NCBI GenBank assembly: GCA_963846575.1
Contig: CAWJWJ010000002.1
Coordinates: forward strand, 32,001 to 96,000
Source: an uncultured Nitrospiraceae bacterium
Lineage (GTDB): Bacteria > Nitrospirota > Nitrospiria > Nitrospirales > Nitrospiraceae
Direction of reading: 5' to 3'
Length of the DNA: 64,000 nucleotides
Shown here: positions 43,089 through 53,374 of the stretch, piece after piece
Layout: each line of letters starts with the position of its first letter
How positions within the stretch are numbered: the first letter of the stretch is position 1
Translations under genes and position numbers: made by a program
Notes under the pieces: generated by a model
Database searches by the model: none
Told to the model about the DNA's origin: nothing
Seen by the model: the letters and a program-made list of their open reading frames with translations, nothing else

Positions 43089-45266
43089 ATGCGACTTTTG
43101 AAGAACCTGTTCAATCGTCTGTCCGACAGTCTGCTGGTCACGGTTCCAAGCCGGATCAGGGCAGCTCGGGATTTTGCCTCCGCGCCCGTCCTTCGCCTCG
43201 TCTCCAATAAACCTGCCCTCCCGCCGTCAGGCGAGACTGTCACGAAGCGGGGTCTATCGCATTCCACCGGTCAGTTGGAGGCGCTGGAAGAGGTGCTTCG
43301 GAAAAGCCAGGCCTGGTTTCTGGCGCGACAAGATCCGTCCGAAGGGTATTGGGTCGCCGAACTCGAGGCCGATACGACGCTGACCTCCGAATATCTCATG
43401 CTGCGCCGATTCATGAGTTGCGTCGATCCGGAGCGTGAGCGCAAAGCCATCAGCTATTTAAAGTCGGCCCAACTCCCTGGCGGCGGATGGCCCATTTATC
43501 ACGGAGGTCCCGCCGAGATCAGCGCGTCGGTGAAGGCCTACTTCGCGTTGAAACTTTCCGGTGTGCCGGCGGATGAGCCCTGCATGGCGACTGCCCGCGC
43601 TTGCATCCTTGAAAAAGGTGGTGTGGTCGCGGCCAATGTGTTTACCAAGATCGCCTTGGCATTGTTCGGCCAGTATGACTGGCGCGGTATTCCCAGCATG
43701 CCTCCGGAAATCATGCTTCTGCCGAAGCGATTCTATTTCAGTATTTATGCGATTTCTTATTGGTCCCGCGCGGTGCTGATTCCGTTGTTGATCATTTTTG
43801 CCAAGCGGCCGTTATGCCTGATTCCACGCGAGCAGGGGATCGATGAGTTGTATACCGAACCCCCTGCGCAGATCGATTATGGGACTGTCCCGCCTTTCAA
43901 GAAGGACCGAACCTGGTTAACGGCCAGAAACTTTTTCATCAATCTCGACGCGCTTCTTAAAATCTATGACCGTTCGCCGGTCGAATGGGTAAGGCAGAAA
44001 GCGCTCAAATGCGCCGCGACCTGGATGCTCGATCATATGAAGGGCAGCGGAGGCCTCGGCGCGATCTATCCCGCGATGGCCAATTCCGTTGTGGCGTTGC
44101 ATTGCCTCGGCTACCGCAATGACGATCCTCTCGTCGTGAAGGCGATGCAGGAGATCGAAGATCTTGAGGTGCATGACACGGTGCATATCAACGGCCAATG
44201 TGTTGATGCGATGCATCTGCAGCCCTGTCACTCACCCATCTGGGACACGGCCCTGCTCATCAATGCCCTGTCGGAAGCAGGCATGGCCCAGGACCATCCG
44301 GCACTGCAGAAGGCGGCGACGTGGTTACTCACCAAACAAACGAACACCGTGGCGGATTGGATTATCTCCTCGCCCGGCGCCGAGCCCGGCGGCTGGTATT
44401 TCCAGTTTGAAAACGAACAGTATCCGGACGTCGACGATTCAGCCGTCGTCCTCATGGCACTGGCGAAAGTCCGGCTTCCCGACGAACAGGAGCAACGCGC
44501 AGCGATGCGACGGGGCTGTCGATGGGTCGTCTCCATGCAGGGGTCCGACGGCGGGTGGGGCGCCTATGACGTCGACAACAACCGCATCGTCTTCAACTAC
44601 ATTCCCTTTGCCGATCACCGGGCTCTCTTGGACCCGAGCACCGCTGATCTGGCCGGCCGCTGCCTGGAAATGCTCGCGACCCTGGGGTATGACTGGACCC
44701 ATCCTTCGGTCGCATCGGCCCTGGCTTTCTTAAAGGAAGATCAGGAGCAGGACGGAAGCTGGTATGGCCGGTGGGGCGTGAACTACATCTACGGGACATG
44801 GTCGGTTCTCTCCGGACTGCGGGCAATCGGGGAAGATGTCTCTTCACCATACATTCGCCGGGCCGTCAACTGGGTTGAATCGAAACAAAACCCCGATGGG
44901 GGCTGGGGTGAGTCCTGCTTATCCTATGGGGATGTCTCGCAGAGTGGGCGCGGGGAGAGCACTCCGTCGCAAACGGCCTGGGCCATCTTGGCCCTCATGG
45001 CCGGCGGCGTGACGGATTCCTTCAGTCTGGCGCGGGGTGTCCATTACCTCATTCGGAATCAGCGGAAAGATGGGTCCTGGGAAGAGGTGCGCCATACTGG
45101 AACGGGATTTCCGCGGGTGTTTTATCTTCGTTACCATTGGTACTGTCAGTACTTTCCCCTCTGGGCCTTGGCCATGTACCGCAATCTCAAGACTCGTGGA
45201 ACGACGAGGGCAGATGAATTGCGTGAGCAGGCGTATCGATCAGGACAGTTCAGATCACCACGCTGA
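43089..45266 (+). CDS. shc: Squalene-hopene cyclase (HpnF); start could be ~43032
   Basis: YPDVDDSAVV (DxDD), SPIWDTA, QW repeats (QNPDGGWGE, QEQDGSWYGRWG) and TGTGFPRVFYLRYH. Confidence 0.96.
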   Translation: MRLLKNLFNRLSDSLLVTVPSRIRAARDFASAPVLRLVSNKPALPPSGETVTKRGLSHSTGQLEALEEVLRKSQAWFLARQDPSEGYWVAELEADTTLTSEYLMLRRFMSCVDPERERKAISYLKSAQLPGGGWPIYHGGPAEISASVKAYFALKLSGVPADEPCMATARACILEKGGVVAANVFTKIALALFGQYDWRGIPSMPPEIMLLPKRFYFSIYAISYWSRAVLIPLLIIFAKRPLCLIPREQGIDELYTEPPAQIDYGTVPPFKKDRTWLTARNFFINLDALLKIYDRSPVEWVRQKALKCAATWMLDHMKGSGGLGAIYPAMANSVVALHCLGYRNDDPLVVKAMQEIEDLEVHDTVHINGQCVDAMHLQPCHSPIWDTALLINALSEAGMAQDHPALQKAATWLLTKQTNTVADWIISSPGAEPGGWYFQFENEQYPDVDDSAVVLMALAKVRLPDEQEQRAAMRRGCRWVVSMQGSDGGWGAYDVDNNRIVFNYIPFADHRALLDPSTADLAGRCLEMLATLGYDWTHPSVASALAFLKEDQEQDGSWYGRWGVNYIYGTWSVLSGLRAIGEDVSSPYIRRAVNWVESKQNPDGGWGESCLSYGDVSQSGRGESTPSQTAWAILALMAGGVTDSFSLARGVHYLIRNQRKDGSWEEVRHTGTGFPRVFYLRYHWYCQYFPLWALAMYRNLKTRGTTRADELREQAYRSGQFRSPR

Positions 45267-45314
45267 CGCTGTGGGTCCATCCCTCCCAGCCACTTTTGAT
45301 TTCCACACTCGGGA

Positions 45315-46076
45315 GTGCCCGTGACCGCCATTGGACTGTTCGCGGCTACTCGATGGGAGGCGGAGGCGGTTCGTCAGGCTCTGGCCCCAACCGATCGGCG
45401 ATTGATCGGGGGTATTGTGTGTCTGGTGGCACGACGGCCTCACCTGGACTGGTGGATCATTCCGATGGGTGTCGGTCCGGAGCGGGCGGCTGTAACAGCG
45501 CGCACCGTGCTCGCGGAGCAACGTTTTGCGGCGATCTGGTCGACAGGGTTCGCCTGCGCATTACGGACGGCCGCCATCGGTGACATCTTGATGGGCACCC
45601 AGGTAGCCGCAGTGGGCGAATCGCCTAGGCAGGCGCCGTCTCTCTGCTCTCCGGCAATGACTGATTGGGTGAGGCACGCCATGCGACGCCAACAGCTATC
45701 CGTACAGTCCGGCCCGTTTGTTTCAGTGCCGACGGTCCTGTGGCGGGCTAACGAGAAACGCGAACTCGCTCATCGCGCGGGCGCGATGGGGCTCGATATG
45801 GAGAGTGCGGCGCTGGGCCTGGCGGCAGCGCAGCGGCAGATTCCGTTTGGGATCGTGCGCACCGTGTCGGATCTTCTTGACGAAGATCTTCCTCTTGACT
45901 TCAATCTCTTTCTCAGGCCATCTGGATGGGCCAGGGGTGTGGCTGCCTGCCTGGCTCATCCGACGAGCCTCGTCGGACTCAATCGACTACGTATGCAAAG
46001 TCGTCTGGCCGGGGCCCGGTTGACGGCCGTCTATCGAGCCTGCGCCGATCTGAACGGTCTCGAAGGTCTGGTCTGA
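45315..46076 (+). CDS. hpnG: Nucleoside phosphorylase-family protein, HpnG-like
   Basis: GVGPERA, STGFACAL, LDMESAAL and VRTVSD motifs. Directly after shc, the usual hpnG position. Confidence 0.72.
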   Translation: MPVTAIGLFAATRWEAEAVRQALAPTDRRLIGGIVCLVARRPHLDWWIIPMGVGPERAAVTARTVLAEQRFAAIWSTGFACALRTAAIGDILMGTQVAAVGESPRQAPSLCSPAMTDWVRHAMRRQQLSVQSGPFVSVPTVLWRANEKRELAHRAGAMGLDMESAALGLAAAQRQIPFGIVRTVSDLLDEDLPLDFNLFLRPSGWARGVAACLAHPTSLVGLNRLRMQSRLAGARLTAVYRACADLNGLEGLV

Positions 46077-46134
46077 CAGGGCAAACAACGTGAGAGATAC
46101 CGCTTTTGGGGCGGGCGGACGGAAGGAGTTCGGC

Positions 46135-46902
46135 GTGGAGGGGATTGCGCGCATCGGACGATATACCCTGGACATTACGGAGCAACTGGGGCGGATGATG
46201 CTCTTCCTTCTCTCCTCCTTCGCCTGGTTGACCAGGCCGCCATTTCGGCTGTATCAGATCGTCAAACAACTCAATTTCATCGGCTATAAATCCACATTCG
46301 TAGTTGTGCTGACCGCCGTGTTTACCGGAATGGTGCTCGCGCTTCAGGGATACTACACGCTACGAAAGTTCGGTTCTGAAGCCGTGCTTGGCTCGGCGGT
46401 GGCACTGAGTATCATTCGGGAATTGGGGCCGGTGCTCGCGGCCCTCATGGTCACGGCCCGGGCCGGATCCGCCATGACGGCGGAGATCGGCATCATGCGG
46501 ATCACGGAGCAGATCGACGCCTTGGATACGATGTCGATTAATCCCCTGCAATACTTAATAGGTCCGAAGCTCGTCGCCGGGTTGATTGCCGTGCCTTTGC
46601 TGGTGGCGCTCTTCGACGTCGTGGGGATCTACGGCGGATACGTCGTTGGCGTGCAACTGCTGAACGGTAATGAAGGCGCCTATTGGAGTTCAATTGAATC
46701 GGCAGTGGAATGGAAGGATGTATACGGTGGCATTCTAAAATCCATCAGCTTCGGACTCCTGATCAGCTGGATATGCTGTTATAAGGGTTTTTATACGAGA
46801 CAGAGTGCCGAGGGATTGGGCACCGCGACGACCGAAGCCGTGGTGCTATCGGCGGTCCTGATTCTCGTGTGGGATTATTTCCTGACGTCGGTGTTGCTCT
46901 GA
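46135..46902 (+). CDS. mlaE: MlaE-family lipid ABC permease
   Basis: RELGPVLAAL and AEIGIMRITEQIDAL motifs. GTG start after AGGAG. Confidence 0.92.
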   Translation: MEGIARIGRYTLDITEQLGRMMLFLLSSFAWLTRPPFRLYQIVKQLNFIGYKSTFVVVLTAVFTGMVLALQGYYTLRKFGSEAVLGSAVALSIIRELGPVLAALMVTARAGSAMTAEIGIMRITEQIDALDTMSINPLQYLIGPKLVAGLIAVPLLVALFDVVGIYGGYVVGVQLLNGNEGAYWSSIESAVEWKDVYGGILKSISFGLLISWICCYKGFYTRQSAEGLGTATTEAVVLSAVLILVWDYFLTSVLL

Positions 46903-46969
46903 TGGCCTTCATGTGTGAGTCGAATCGACCGGACATTCCAAGCAGTGGCGCAGCACGGACGGAGCACGC

Positions 46970-47731
46970 GTGATTAAGCTGGTCGGGGTTGAAAAGACGC
47001 TGGGCGGGCAACATGTCTTGCGAGGGGTGGACTTGTCGATCCCCGCCGGAAAACTCACCACGATTATCGGTCGAAGCGGCTCGGGCAAGAGCGTGTTGCT
47101 CAAGCACATGATCGGCCTCATGCCGCCTGATCGCGGGCAGGTCATGATTGACGGGACTGACATCGCGCGTATGAAGGGGCAGGCGCTCAACGAGGTCCGC
47201 AAAAAGTTCGCCATGTTATTTCAGAACGCTGCGCTGTTCGATTCGATGTCGGTCTTTGACAATGTCGCCTTCCCGCTCCGGGAGAAGCTTCGCCTGAAGG
47301 GTGAGACGGTCACTCGACGGGTCGAGGAGAAACTGGAACAGGTGGGCCTGTCCGGCATGGGGCACAAATTTCCCGCGGAACTCAGCGGAGGCATGCGCAA
47401 GCGAGCGGGGTTGGCTCGTGCATTGGTGATGGAGCCGGAAATTATCCTCTTCGATGAGCCGACGACCGGCCTGGATCCCTTGATGGCGAAATCCATTCAC
47501 GATTTGATCCTGGCCATGCAGCGTCAGTTCGGGTTCACCGCCGTCATGGTGAGCCACGAGATTCCGGAGATTTTCGGCATCTCGGACTATGTAGCGATGC
47601 TCATGAACGGGCGGATCGCCGAGATGGCATCCTCAGACGAATTCGTCAAGACGACCGATGAAGAGATCAGGGAGTTTATTTTTGTCGGAGGGTCCTTTCC
47701 GGCGAAAGGGTTGCCGGCCGCATCCCGCTGA
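46970..47731 (+). CDS. mlaF: MlaF-family ABC ATPase
   Basis: GRSGSGKS, FQNAALFDSM, LSGGMRKRAGLARA and DEPTTGLDP motifs. Confidence 0.92.
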   Translation: MIKLVGVEKTLGGQHVLRGVDLSIPAGKLTTIIGRSGSGKSVLLKHMIGLMPPDRGQVMIDGTDIARMKGQALNEVRKKFAMLFQNAALFDSMSVFDNVAFPLREKLRLKGETVTRRVEEKLEQVGLSGMGHKFPAELSGGMRKRAGLARALVMEPEIILFDEPTTGLDPLMAKSIHDLILAMQRQFGFTAVMVSHEIPEIFGISDYVAMLMNGRIAEMASSDEFVKTTDEEIREFIFVGGSFPAKGLPAASR

Positions 47732-47742
47732 TAGGAGACCAC

Positions 47743-48186
47743 ATGGAACGTGCAAAACTTGAGTTTATGGTGGGCGTCTTCGTGCTCGTCGGGGTGGCTT
47801 GCCTGGGATATCTGTCCGTTAAACTGGGCAAGTTGGAAGTCATCGGCGGGAATAATTATGCCGTCGAAGCGGAGTTTACGTCGGCCTCCGGTCTGAAACC
47901 GGGCGCCTCGGTAGAAATAGCCGGCGTCGAGGTCGGACGTGTCCGCCAGATTGGATTGAACACCGACCGGGCTGTGGTGGCCTTGGCGATCCAGGACGGG
48001 ATTAAACTGTATTCAGACACGATTGCCTCCATCAAGACGCGCGGAATCATCGGCGACAAGTATCTGGCTTTGTCCGTCGGAGGAGGCGGCGATCCACTGA
48101 AGCCGGGAGACAAAATCCGGGATACAGAATCCGGGCTTGATCTGGAGGAACTGGTCAGCCAGTATGTGCATGGGAAAGTCAATTAG
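47743..48186 (+). CDS. mlaD: MlaD single-MCE-domain protein
   Basis: N-terminal TM, GLKPGASVEIAGVEVGRV, GIIGDKYL and LEELVSQY motifs. Confidence 0.92.
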   Translation: MERAKLEFMVGVFVLVGVACLGYLSVKLGKLEVIGGNNYAVEAEFTSASGLKPGASVEIAGVEVGRVRQIGLNTDRAVVALAIQDGIKLYSDTIASIKTRGIIGDKYLALSVGGGGDPLKPGDKIRDTESGLDLEELVSQYVHGKVN

Positions 48187-48273
48187 TCTGTGCAGGAGGC
48201 ACCTGGAGTGATGGGACATCATCAACGAAACCAACAATTAGTCAAGTATGCCACTCTCAGGAGAGGTATAGGG

Positions 48274-48888
48274 ATGAACGGACTGCGATGGGCGATGATC
48301 GGGGCGATGCTGCTCCTGCAATTGTTCACGGGAGGGCCGTCCTCCGCGGTGGGGGGGGCAGCGACGGATTTGTTGAAGGGCACCATCGATGAAGTGCTGA
48401 AGATTTTGAACGACAAAGAAATGAAAGAGCCTGCCAGACACGAAGATCGTCGCCAGCGCTTGGAGAAGGTCGTCGCGGCCCGATTTGATTATCCGGAAAT
48501 GTCCCGGCGCTCCCTGGGCGCGCAGTGGAACCAATTGTCCGAGAAAGACAAACAGGAGTTTGTGGATCTGTTTCGAACGCTCTTGACCAATACCTATGCC
48601 GATAAAGTAGAAACCTATTCGGGCGAGGGTGTGCAGTACCTCAATGAGCGGACGGAAAAAGAATACGCGGAGGTGCGTACCAAAGTCTTATCCGGAAAAA
48701 CTGAAATCCCCATGGACTACCGGCTTTTGCACAAGGACAACGATTGGCGAGTGTACGATGTCGTGGTCGATGGTGTGAGCCTGGTGAATAATTATCGCGG
48801 TCAGTTCACGAAGATCCTCCACACGTCCTCCTATCCCGGCCTCGTAGATCAACTCCGCAAGAAATCAGATAAGATCAAAGCCCCCTAG
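48274..48888 (+). CDS. mlaC: MlaC/Ttg2D (HpnM-like) periplasmic lipid carrier
   Basis: Signal peptide, FDYPEMSRRSLG and WRVYDVVVDGVSLVNNYRGQF motifs. Confidence 0.9.
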   Translation: MNGLRWAMIGAMLLLQLFTGGPSSAVGGAATDLLKGTIDEVLKILNDKEMKEPARHEDRRQRLEKVVAARFDYPEMSRRSLGAQWNQLSEKDKQEFVDLFRTLLTNTYADKVETYSGEGVQYLNERTEKEYAEVRTKVLSGKTEIPMDYRLLHKDNDWRVYDVVVDGVSLVNNYRGQFTKILHTSSYPGLVDQLRKKSDKIKAP

Positions 48889-48917
48889 CCTGGGGGCGAG
48901 CGACTCCGGCAAGCGCC

Positions 48918-50123
48918 ATGCAGTGTAATCATTTGCTGTCGATTCGTTTCTTCCTGGCGCTCCTCGGACTCCTGTTCGTGAGCCTTCCGGCTCCGACCCG
49001 CGCGGACACCCAGATTTTTCCGATCCCCTCTGTCTCAACCAGCAGAAACGACGGAAACGACGCGGGCTTGATTATGCCCATCCTCATTTCTGATCCGGAC
49101 GGCGAACTCAAATATCTCATGGCCCCGATGCTCATTCAGAATTCGATCGTGGGCAGTCGGGCGGTCTTTAATCTGTTCAAATACGACCCCGGTGGTCGTC
49201 AGATGCGGTTCATCGCGTCACTGACCGAGCGGATCGAACGCAAGGTGCTGTTTGATTACGTGGATCCGGCCTTTGGTAACGGGCAATATTATCTGAACTT
49301 CGGAGGCACCTTCTTTAAGAATGCCACCTCGCGATTTTACGGGCTCGGTCAGTCGACGGTGCAGGGCGATGAGACGAACTATACGGCCAGGGAGGCGGGC
49401 GCGTACTGGAGGCTTGGTCTACGCGCCAATGAGGTGACGCAGATCTCCGTGGGACAACGGGTTCGGCAGGTCCGGCTTCAGCGGGGTGCCACGGATCTAC
49501 CTTTTTCGGTCGAGCAGTTTCCAAATGTCCCCGGGGTTTCGGATGAGTCCATCATTGTGGGACATCGCGCCTCCTTCTACTATGATACCCGGGACAGTCT
49601 GGTGACGCCGACCGACGGCGTGGCCGTGTCTGCATATGCGGAACTGAATCAGAATGTGAGAAACAGCAATCATCCGGTCTATTCGCGTTATGAAATCGAG
49701 ATCAAGAAATTGTTCCCGAGTGAATCGAAACGCGCCATTCTAGTCGTCCGTGCCGATTTGCAGGCGACACTGGGGTCGGATGTTCCGTTTTTTGAACAGT
49801 CCTCGCTGGGCGGACAGAATAACTTGCGCGGGTTCGGTCAGGACCGGTACATAGACAAGCATTTGATCGCCTTCAGCATCGAAGAGCGTATCCACGTCTT
49901 GCGGACGAAACTGGCAGGAGTGACGGCAGATTTTGAAGTGGCACCGTTCCTGGATACGGGGCAGGTGTTCAACTCGTTCAAGGATGTCAGTTTTCAGGAC
50001 TATCGCATGACCCCGGGGGTCGGCTTTCGGGCGATCGTTCGGCCTAACGTCGTGGGCCGTATCGACTATGGATACAGCCGCGAGGGTGGAGCAGTATTTG
50101 CGGGTTTGGATTTCCCCTACTAG
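48918..50123 (+). CDS. Omp85/BamA-TamA-family beta-barrel without POTRA domains
   Basis: Signal peptide, YYDTRD, LGGQNNLRGF (VRGF-type loop motif), FLDTGQVF, GVGFR and aromatic C-terminus FPY. Only 401 aa. Confidence 0.78.
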   Translation: MQCNHLLSIRFFLALLGLLFVSLPAPTRADTQIFPIPSVSTSRNDGNDAGLIMPILISDPDGELKYLMAPMLIQNSIVGSRAVFNLFKYDPGGRQMRFIASLTERIERKVLFDYVDPAFGNGQYYLNFGGTFFKNATSRFYGLGQSTVQGDETNYTAREAGAYWRLGLRANEVTQISVGQRVRQVRLQRGATDLPFSVEQFPNVPGVSDESIIVGHRASFYYDTRDSLVTPTDGVAVSAYAELNQNVRNSNHPVYSRYEIEIKKLFPSESKRAILVVRADLQATLGSDVPFFEQSSLGGQNNLRGFGQDRYIDKHLIAFSIEERIHVLRTKLAGVTADFEVAPFLDTGQVFNSFKDVSFQDYRMTPGVGFRAIVRPNVVGRIDYGYSREGGAVFAGLDFPY

Positions 50124-50132
50124 TCTGAGGGA

Positions 50133-51149
50133 GTGAAGCCGGTCATCACGATGCGGCAGATCATTCTATTCTTCTTAAGCCTGGCCACCCTCTGTGCGAC
50201 TCCTGCCGTGCTTCAGGCCGAGGGGTTTGGTCCTTTCCCCGTCCGGAACTTTCAGGCCATTGATCAACTGGTCCTGGCCATGCCGGGCGAACGGGCGGCA
50301 GTCCTGCGCAAGGGAGATTTTGACGTGCGGCTTGAAGTGGCCAATACAGCCACCATTGCCAGGGACAGCGAGCAACAGGCCAACGTTATTATGAAGTTTG
50401 AGACCATTCGCACTGGGCTTTTTCTACGGTATGGACTGAGCGACCGGTTGGAGATTGGTGCAGAGGTACCCGTGCTTCACCGCTACGGCGGCTTCATGGA
50501 TGGTGCCATCAAGGGAGTGGAGCGTGCGACCACGGGGGTCTCGCCGCCGCGGAAGGCGCTTGAGGGAACCCACTATGCGTTCAACATCTCTAATGGTGGA
50601 CGAAATTTGTTCCGAGGGACTGAGGGTGCCACTGGGCTGGGAGATCTCTCCTTCTATGGGAAATACCAGCTGCTGAAAGAAACCTCCACGGTTCCCGCCC
50701 TGTCCATTCGGGTCGCCGCAAAGGCTCCCACCGGAGACACCGGAGAAGTGTTCGGCAGTGGCCATCCTGACGCAGGCGTCGGCATTGCCGTCGAGAAGAG
50801 CCTGGCCTCCAGCTGGATCGTGTATGCCAATCTAAACGGGATTTTCCCGACGGGAACAATCGCCGGACTTGGGCTGCAGCCGGTCGTGAATGGCCTGGTC
50901 GCCGTGGAATACGTATGGACAGAGAATTTTTCCCTGACTACCCAGTTTGATTATTATTCGCCGCCCTTCCATGGCACCGGGACCCGGGTGCTGGACAAGG
51001 GAGTGACGGAAGTAGTGGTAGGCGCGAGTTACCTCGTCTCGCCAGGCTGGTTATGGCAGCTCTACGCGGTTGAAAATGTGGACTTCATCACCGGCAGCGC
51101 GGCAGATTTTACGCTTTCGACCTTGCTGACGTATCGTTTTCGTTCGTAG
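50133..51149 (+). CDS. Outer-membrane barrel protein, DUF3187/MetA-pathway-like
   Basis: Signal peptide, PFPVRN, GLGDLS, KAPTGD, GSGHPD and C-terminal YRF. Family assignment is by recall. Confidence 0.6.
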   Translation: MKPVITMRQIILFFLSLATLCATPAVLQAEGFGPFPVRNFQAIDQLVLAMPGERAAVLRKGDFDVRLEVANTATIARDSEQQANVIMKFETIRTGLFLRYGLSDRLEIGAEVPVLHRYGGFMDGAIKGVERATTGVSPPRKALEGTHYAFNISNGGRNLFRGTEGATGLGDLSFYGKYQLLKETSTVPALSIRVAAKAPTGDTGEVFGSGHPDAGVGIAVEKSLASSWIVYANLNGIFPTGTIAGLGLQPVVNGLVAVEYVWTENFSLTTQFDYYSPPFHGTGTRVLDKGVTEVVVGASYLVSPGWLWQLYAVENVDFITGSAADFTLSTLLTYRFRS

Positions 51150-51386
51150 CAGCACTGGCACAGTCGTAAGGCGTGGCAATGTCCGAGGTTGAGGAAGCCA
51201 TAAGGGCTCCTATTACTGGTAGCAGAAGGGAAATCTTGACATGAGCTGTCGCATATGTGAGGATGAAACGACGTATACGAAACTTCTTGCGCTGCTTCAT
51301 CGCCATCTTCTCAATACGAATACTTCCTACTGAATGATCACCTATACCCGCGTCCTGTTGTCAGGCTTTGACAAGGAGATCGTGCA

Positions 51387-53333
51387 ATGTCGCTGTTAAA
51401 AAATATACACAGTCCCGCTGATTTGAAACGTCTCTCCCCCGAACAGTTTCCGGAACTCTGCCAGGAGATCCGTGAACAGATCCTTGCGGTGGTATCCAAT
51501 GTGGGCGGACACCTGGCCTCTAATCTCGGCGTGGTGGAACTCACCGTTGCGCTCCAGTATCTCCTGGATACGCCGAAAGACAAAATCGTTTGGGATACCA
51601 GCAACCAGGCTTATGCGCACAAGTTATTGACCGGACGACGGGAACAATTCCACACCCTGCGGCAGTACGGGGGGTTAAGCGGATTCTGTAAACGGGAAGA
51701 GAGTGTGTACGATACATTCAATGCCGGACATGCCGGCACCGGCGTCTCCGCCGCGTTCGGCATGGTCGAAGCCCGTGACCAGCGTAATGAGAAACACAAA
51801 GTTCTGTGCGTCGTCGGTGACGGCGCCATGACCGCTGGTATGACTCTGGAAGGGTTGCACCATGCCGGAGGGACCAGTAAAGACTTCATTGTCATCCTGA
51901 ACGATAACCAGATGTCCATCTCCAAGAACGTGGGGGCCATCTCGGCGTACTTAAACCGGACGTTCACCGGGGAATTCTACGCCAGGATGAGGGAAGAAAC
52001 CGGCCAGTTGTTGCGGAAGATTCCACATATCGGACTTGAAGTGCAGAAAATCGCGCGCCGAGCCGAGGAGTTGGCAAAGGGCGCAATTCTGCCTGGCCTG
52101 TTATTCGAAGAGCTGGGCTTCCAATATGCGGGACCGATCGACGGGCATAATTTTGAGCACCTCCTTCCGACTCTCGAGAACGTGCTCAAGATGAAAGGGC
52201 CTGTCCTGCTTCACGTGATCACGAAAAAAGGATTGGGGTACGAGCCGGCGATGGAGAATCCCGTCTGGTTTCATGCCTGTCCTCCCTTCGTGCGCGAAAC
52301 CGGCGTTCCGGCTAAAAAAGCGTCGAGACCCAGCTACACGAGCATGGCAGTCGATGCACTCATTAAGGTCGCCCGTCAGGACAAACGGATTGTCGCTATT
52401 ACCGCGGCCATGTGCGAAGGTACGGGTCTCAATGCATTTGAAAAGGTGTTCCCCGATCGTATTTATGACGTCGGCATTGCCGAGCAGCACGCAGTGACCT
52501 TCGCCGCCGGAATGGCCGCGCAGGGCATGAAGCCTGTGGTCGCCCTCTATTCCACGTTCCTACAACGGGCCTATGACCAGGTTGTGCATGATGTGGCCAC
52601 GCAAAATATACCGGTGACCTTCTGCATCGATCGGGGCGGACTCGTGGCGGAAGACGGCACCACCCATCACGGCGCGTTCGACTTCGCGTTCTTGCGGCAT
52701 GTGCCCAATATGGTGGTGACAGCGCCCAAGGACGAAAATGAATTACAGCATCTGATTAAAACCTGTGTCAGTCATGATGGTCCTGCATCCGTGCGTTATG
52801 CCCGCGGCGTGAGCCTCGGTGTTCCCATGGATGCTGAGCCGGCGGCCCTGCCGATCGGAAAGGGCGAATTGTTGCGGGAAGGCACCGATGTGGCAATCGT
52901 GGCGATCGGCGTCACGGTATGGCCGGCCGTCAAGGCTGCCGAACGACTGGCGGAAGCAGGAATCTCCGCAGCCGTGATTAATGCGCGTTTCGTGAAGCCC
53001 TTGGACACCGAGCTCATCGTCAAGACGGCCAAGAACGTACGGTGCCTGGTGACCGTGGAGGAAGGATCCAAGATGGGAGGATTCGGCTCCGCCGTGTTAG
53101 AAGCGCTGTCGGAAGAAGGGGTCACTCATCTGCGGACGAAGCTCATTGGCCTTCCGGATTGGTATATCGAGCAAGGGCCGCAAGATTTGCTGCGTGAACG
53201 GTACGGCCTTACAGCAGATGGGATCTATAATGGCGTCAAAGCATTGTTCGGAGCCAGTGTGGCTACGGATGAGGCTGCTCGGTTAGCGTCATTGGTCGGA
53301 AGCCTTCCCCATGGAGATGAGCAGGGCAGCTGA
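51387..53333 (+). CDS. dxs: 1-deoxy-D-xylulose-5-phosphate synthase
   Basis: GGHLASNLGVVEL, GDGAMT...LNDN, GPIDGH, DVGIAEQH, YSTFLQRAYDQ and DGTTHHG motifs. Confidence 0.97.
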   Translation: MSLLKNIHSPADLKRLSPEQFPELCQEIREQILAVVSNVGGHLASNLGVVELTVALQYLLDTPKDKIVWDTSNQAYAHKLLTGRREQFHTLRQYGGLSGFCKREESVYDTFNAGHAGTGVSAAFGMVEARDQRNEKHKVLCVVGDGAMTAGMTLEGLHHAGGTSKDFIVILNDNQMSISKNVGAISAYLNRTFTGEFYARMREETGQLLRKIPHIGLEVQKIARRAEELAKGAILPGLLFEELGFQYAGPIDGHNFEHLLPTLENVLKMKGPVLLHVITKKGLGYEPAMENPVWFHACPPFVRETGVPAKKASRPSYTSMAVDALIKVARQDKRIVAITAAMCEGTGLNAFEKVFPDRIYDVGIAEQHAVTFAAGMAAQGMKPVVALYSTFLQRAYDQVVHDVATQNIPVTFCIDRGGLVAEDGTTHHGAFDFAFLRHVPNMVVTAPKDENELQHLIKTCVSHDGPASVRYARGVSLGVPMDAEPAALPIGKGELLREGTDVAIVAIGVTVWPAVKAAERLAEAGISAAVINARFVKPLDTELIVKTAKNVRCLVTVEEGSKMGGFGSAVLEALSEEGVTHLRTKLIGLPDWYIEQGPQDLLRERYGLTADGIYNGVKALFGASVATDEAARLASLVGSLPHGDEQGS

Positions 53334-53374
53334 TCGCCAACTGAACTCCGGAGATTACAGACACCGGGAACTAC

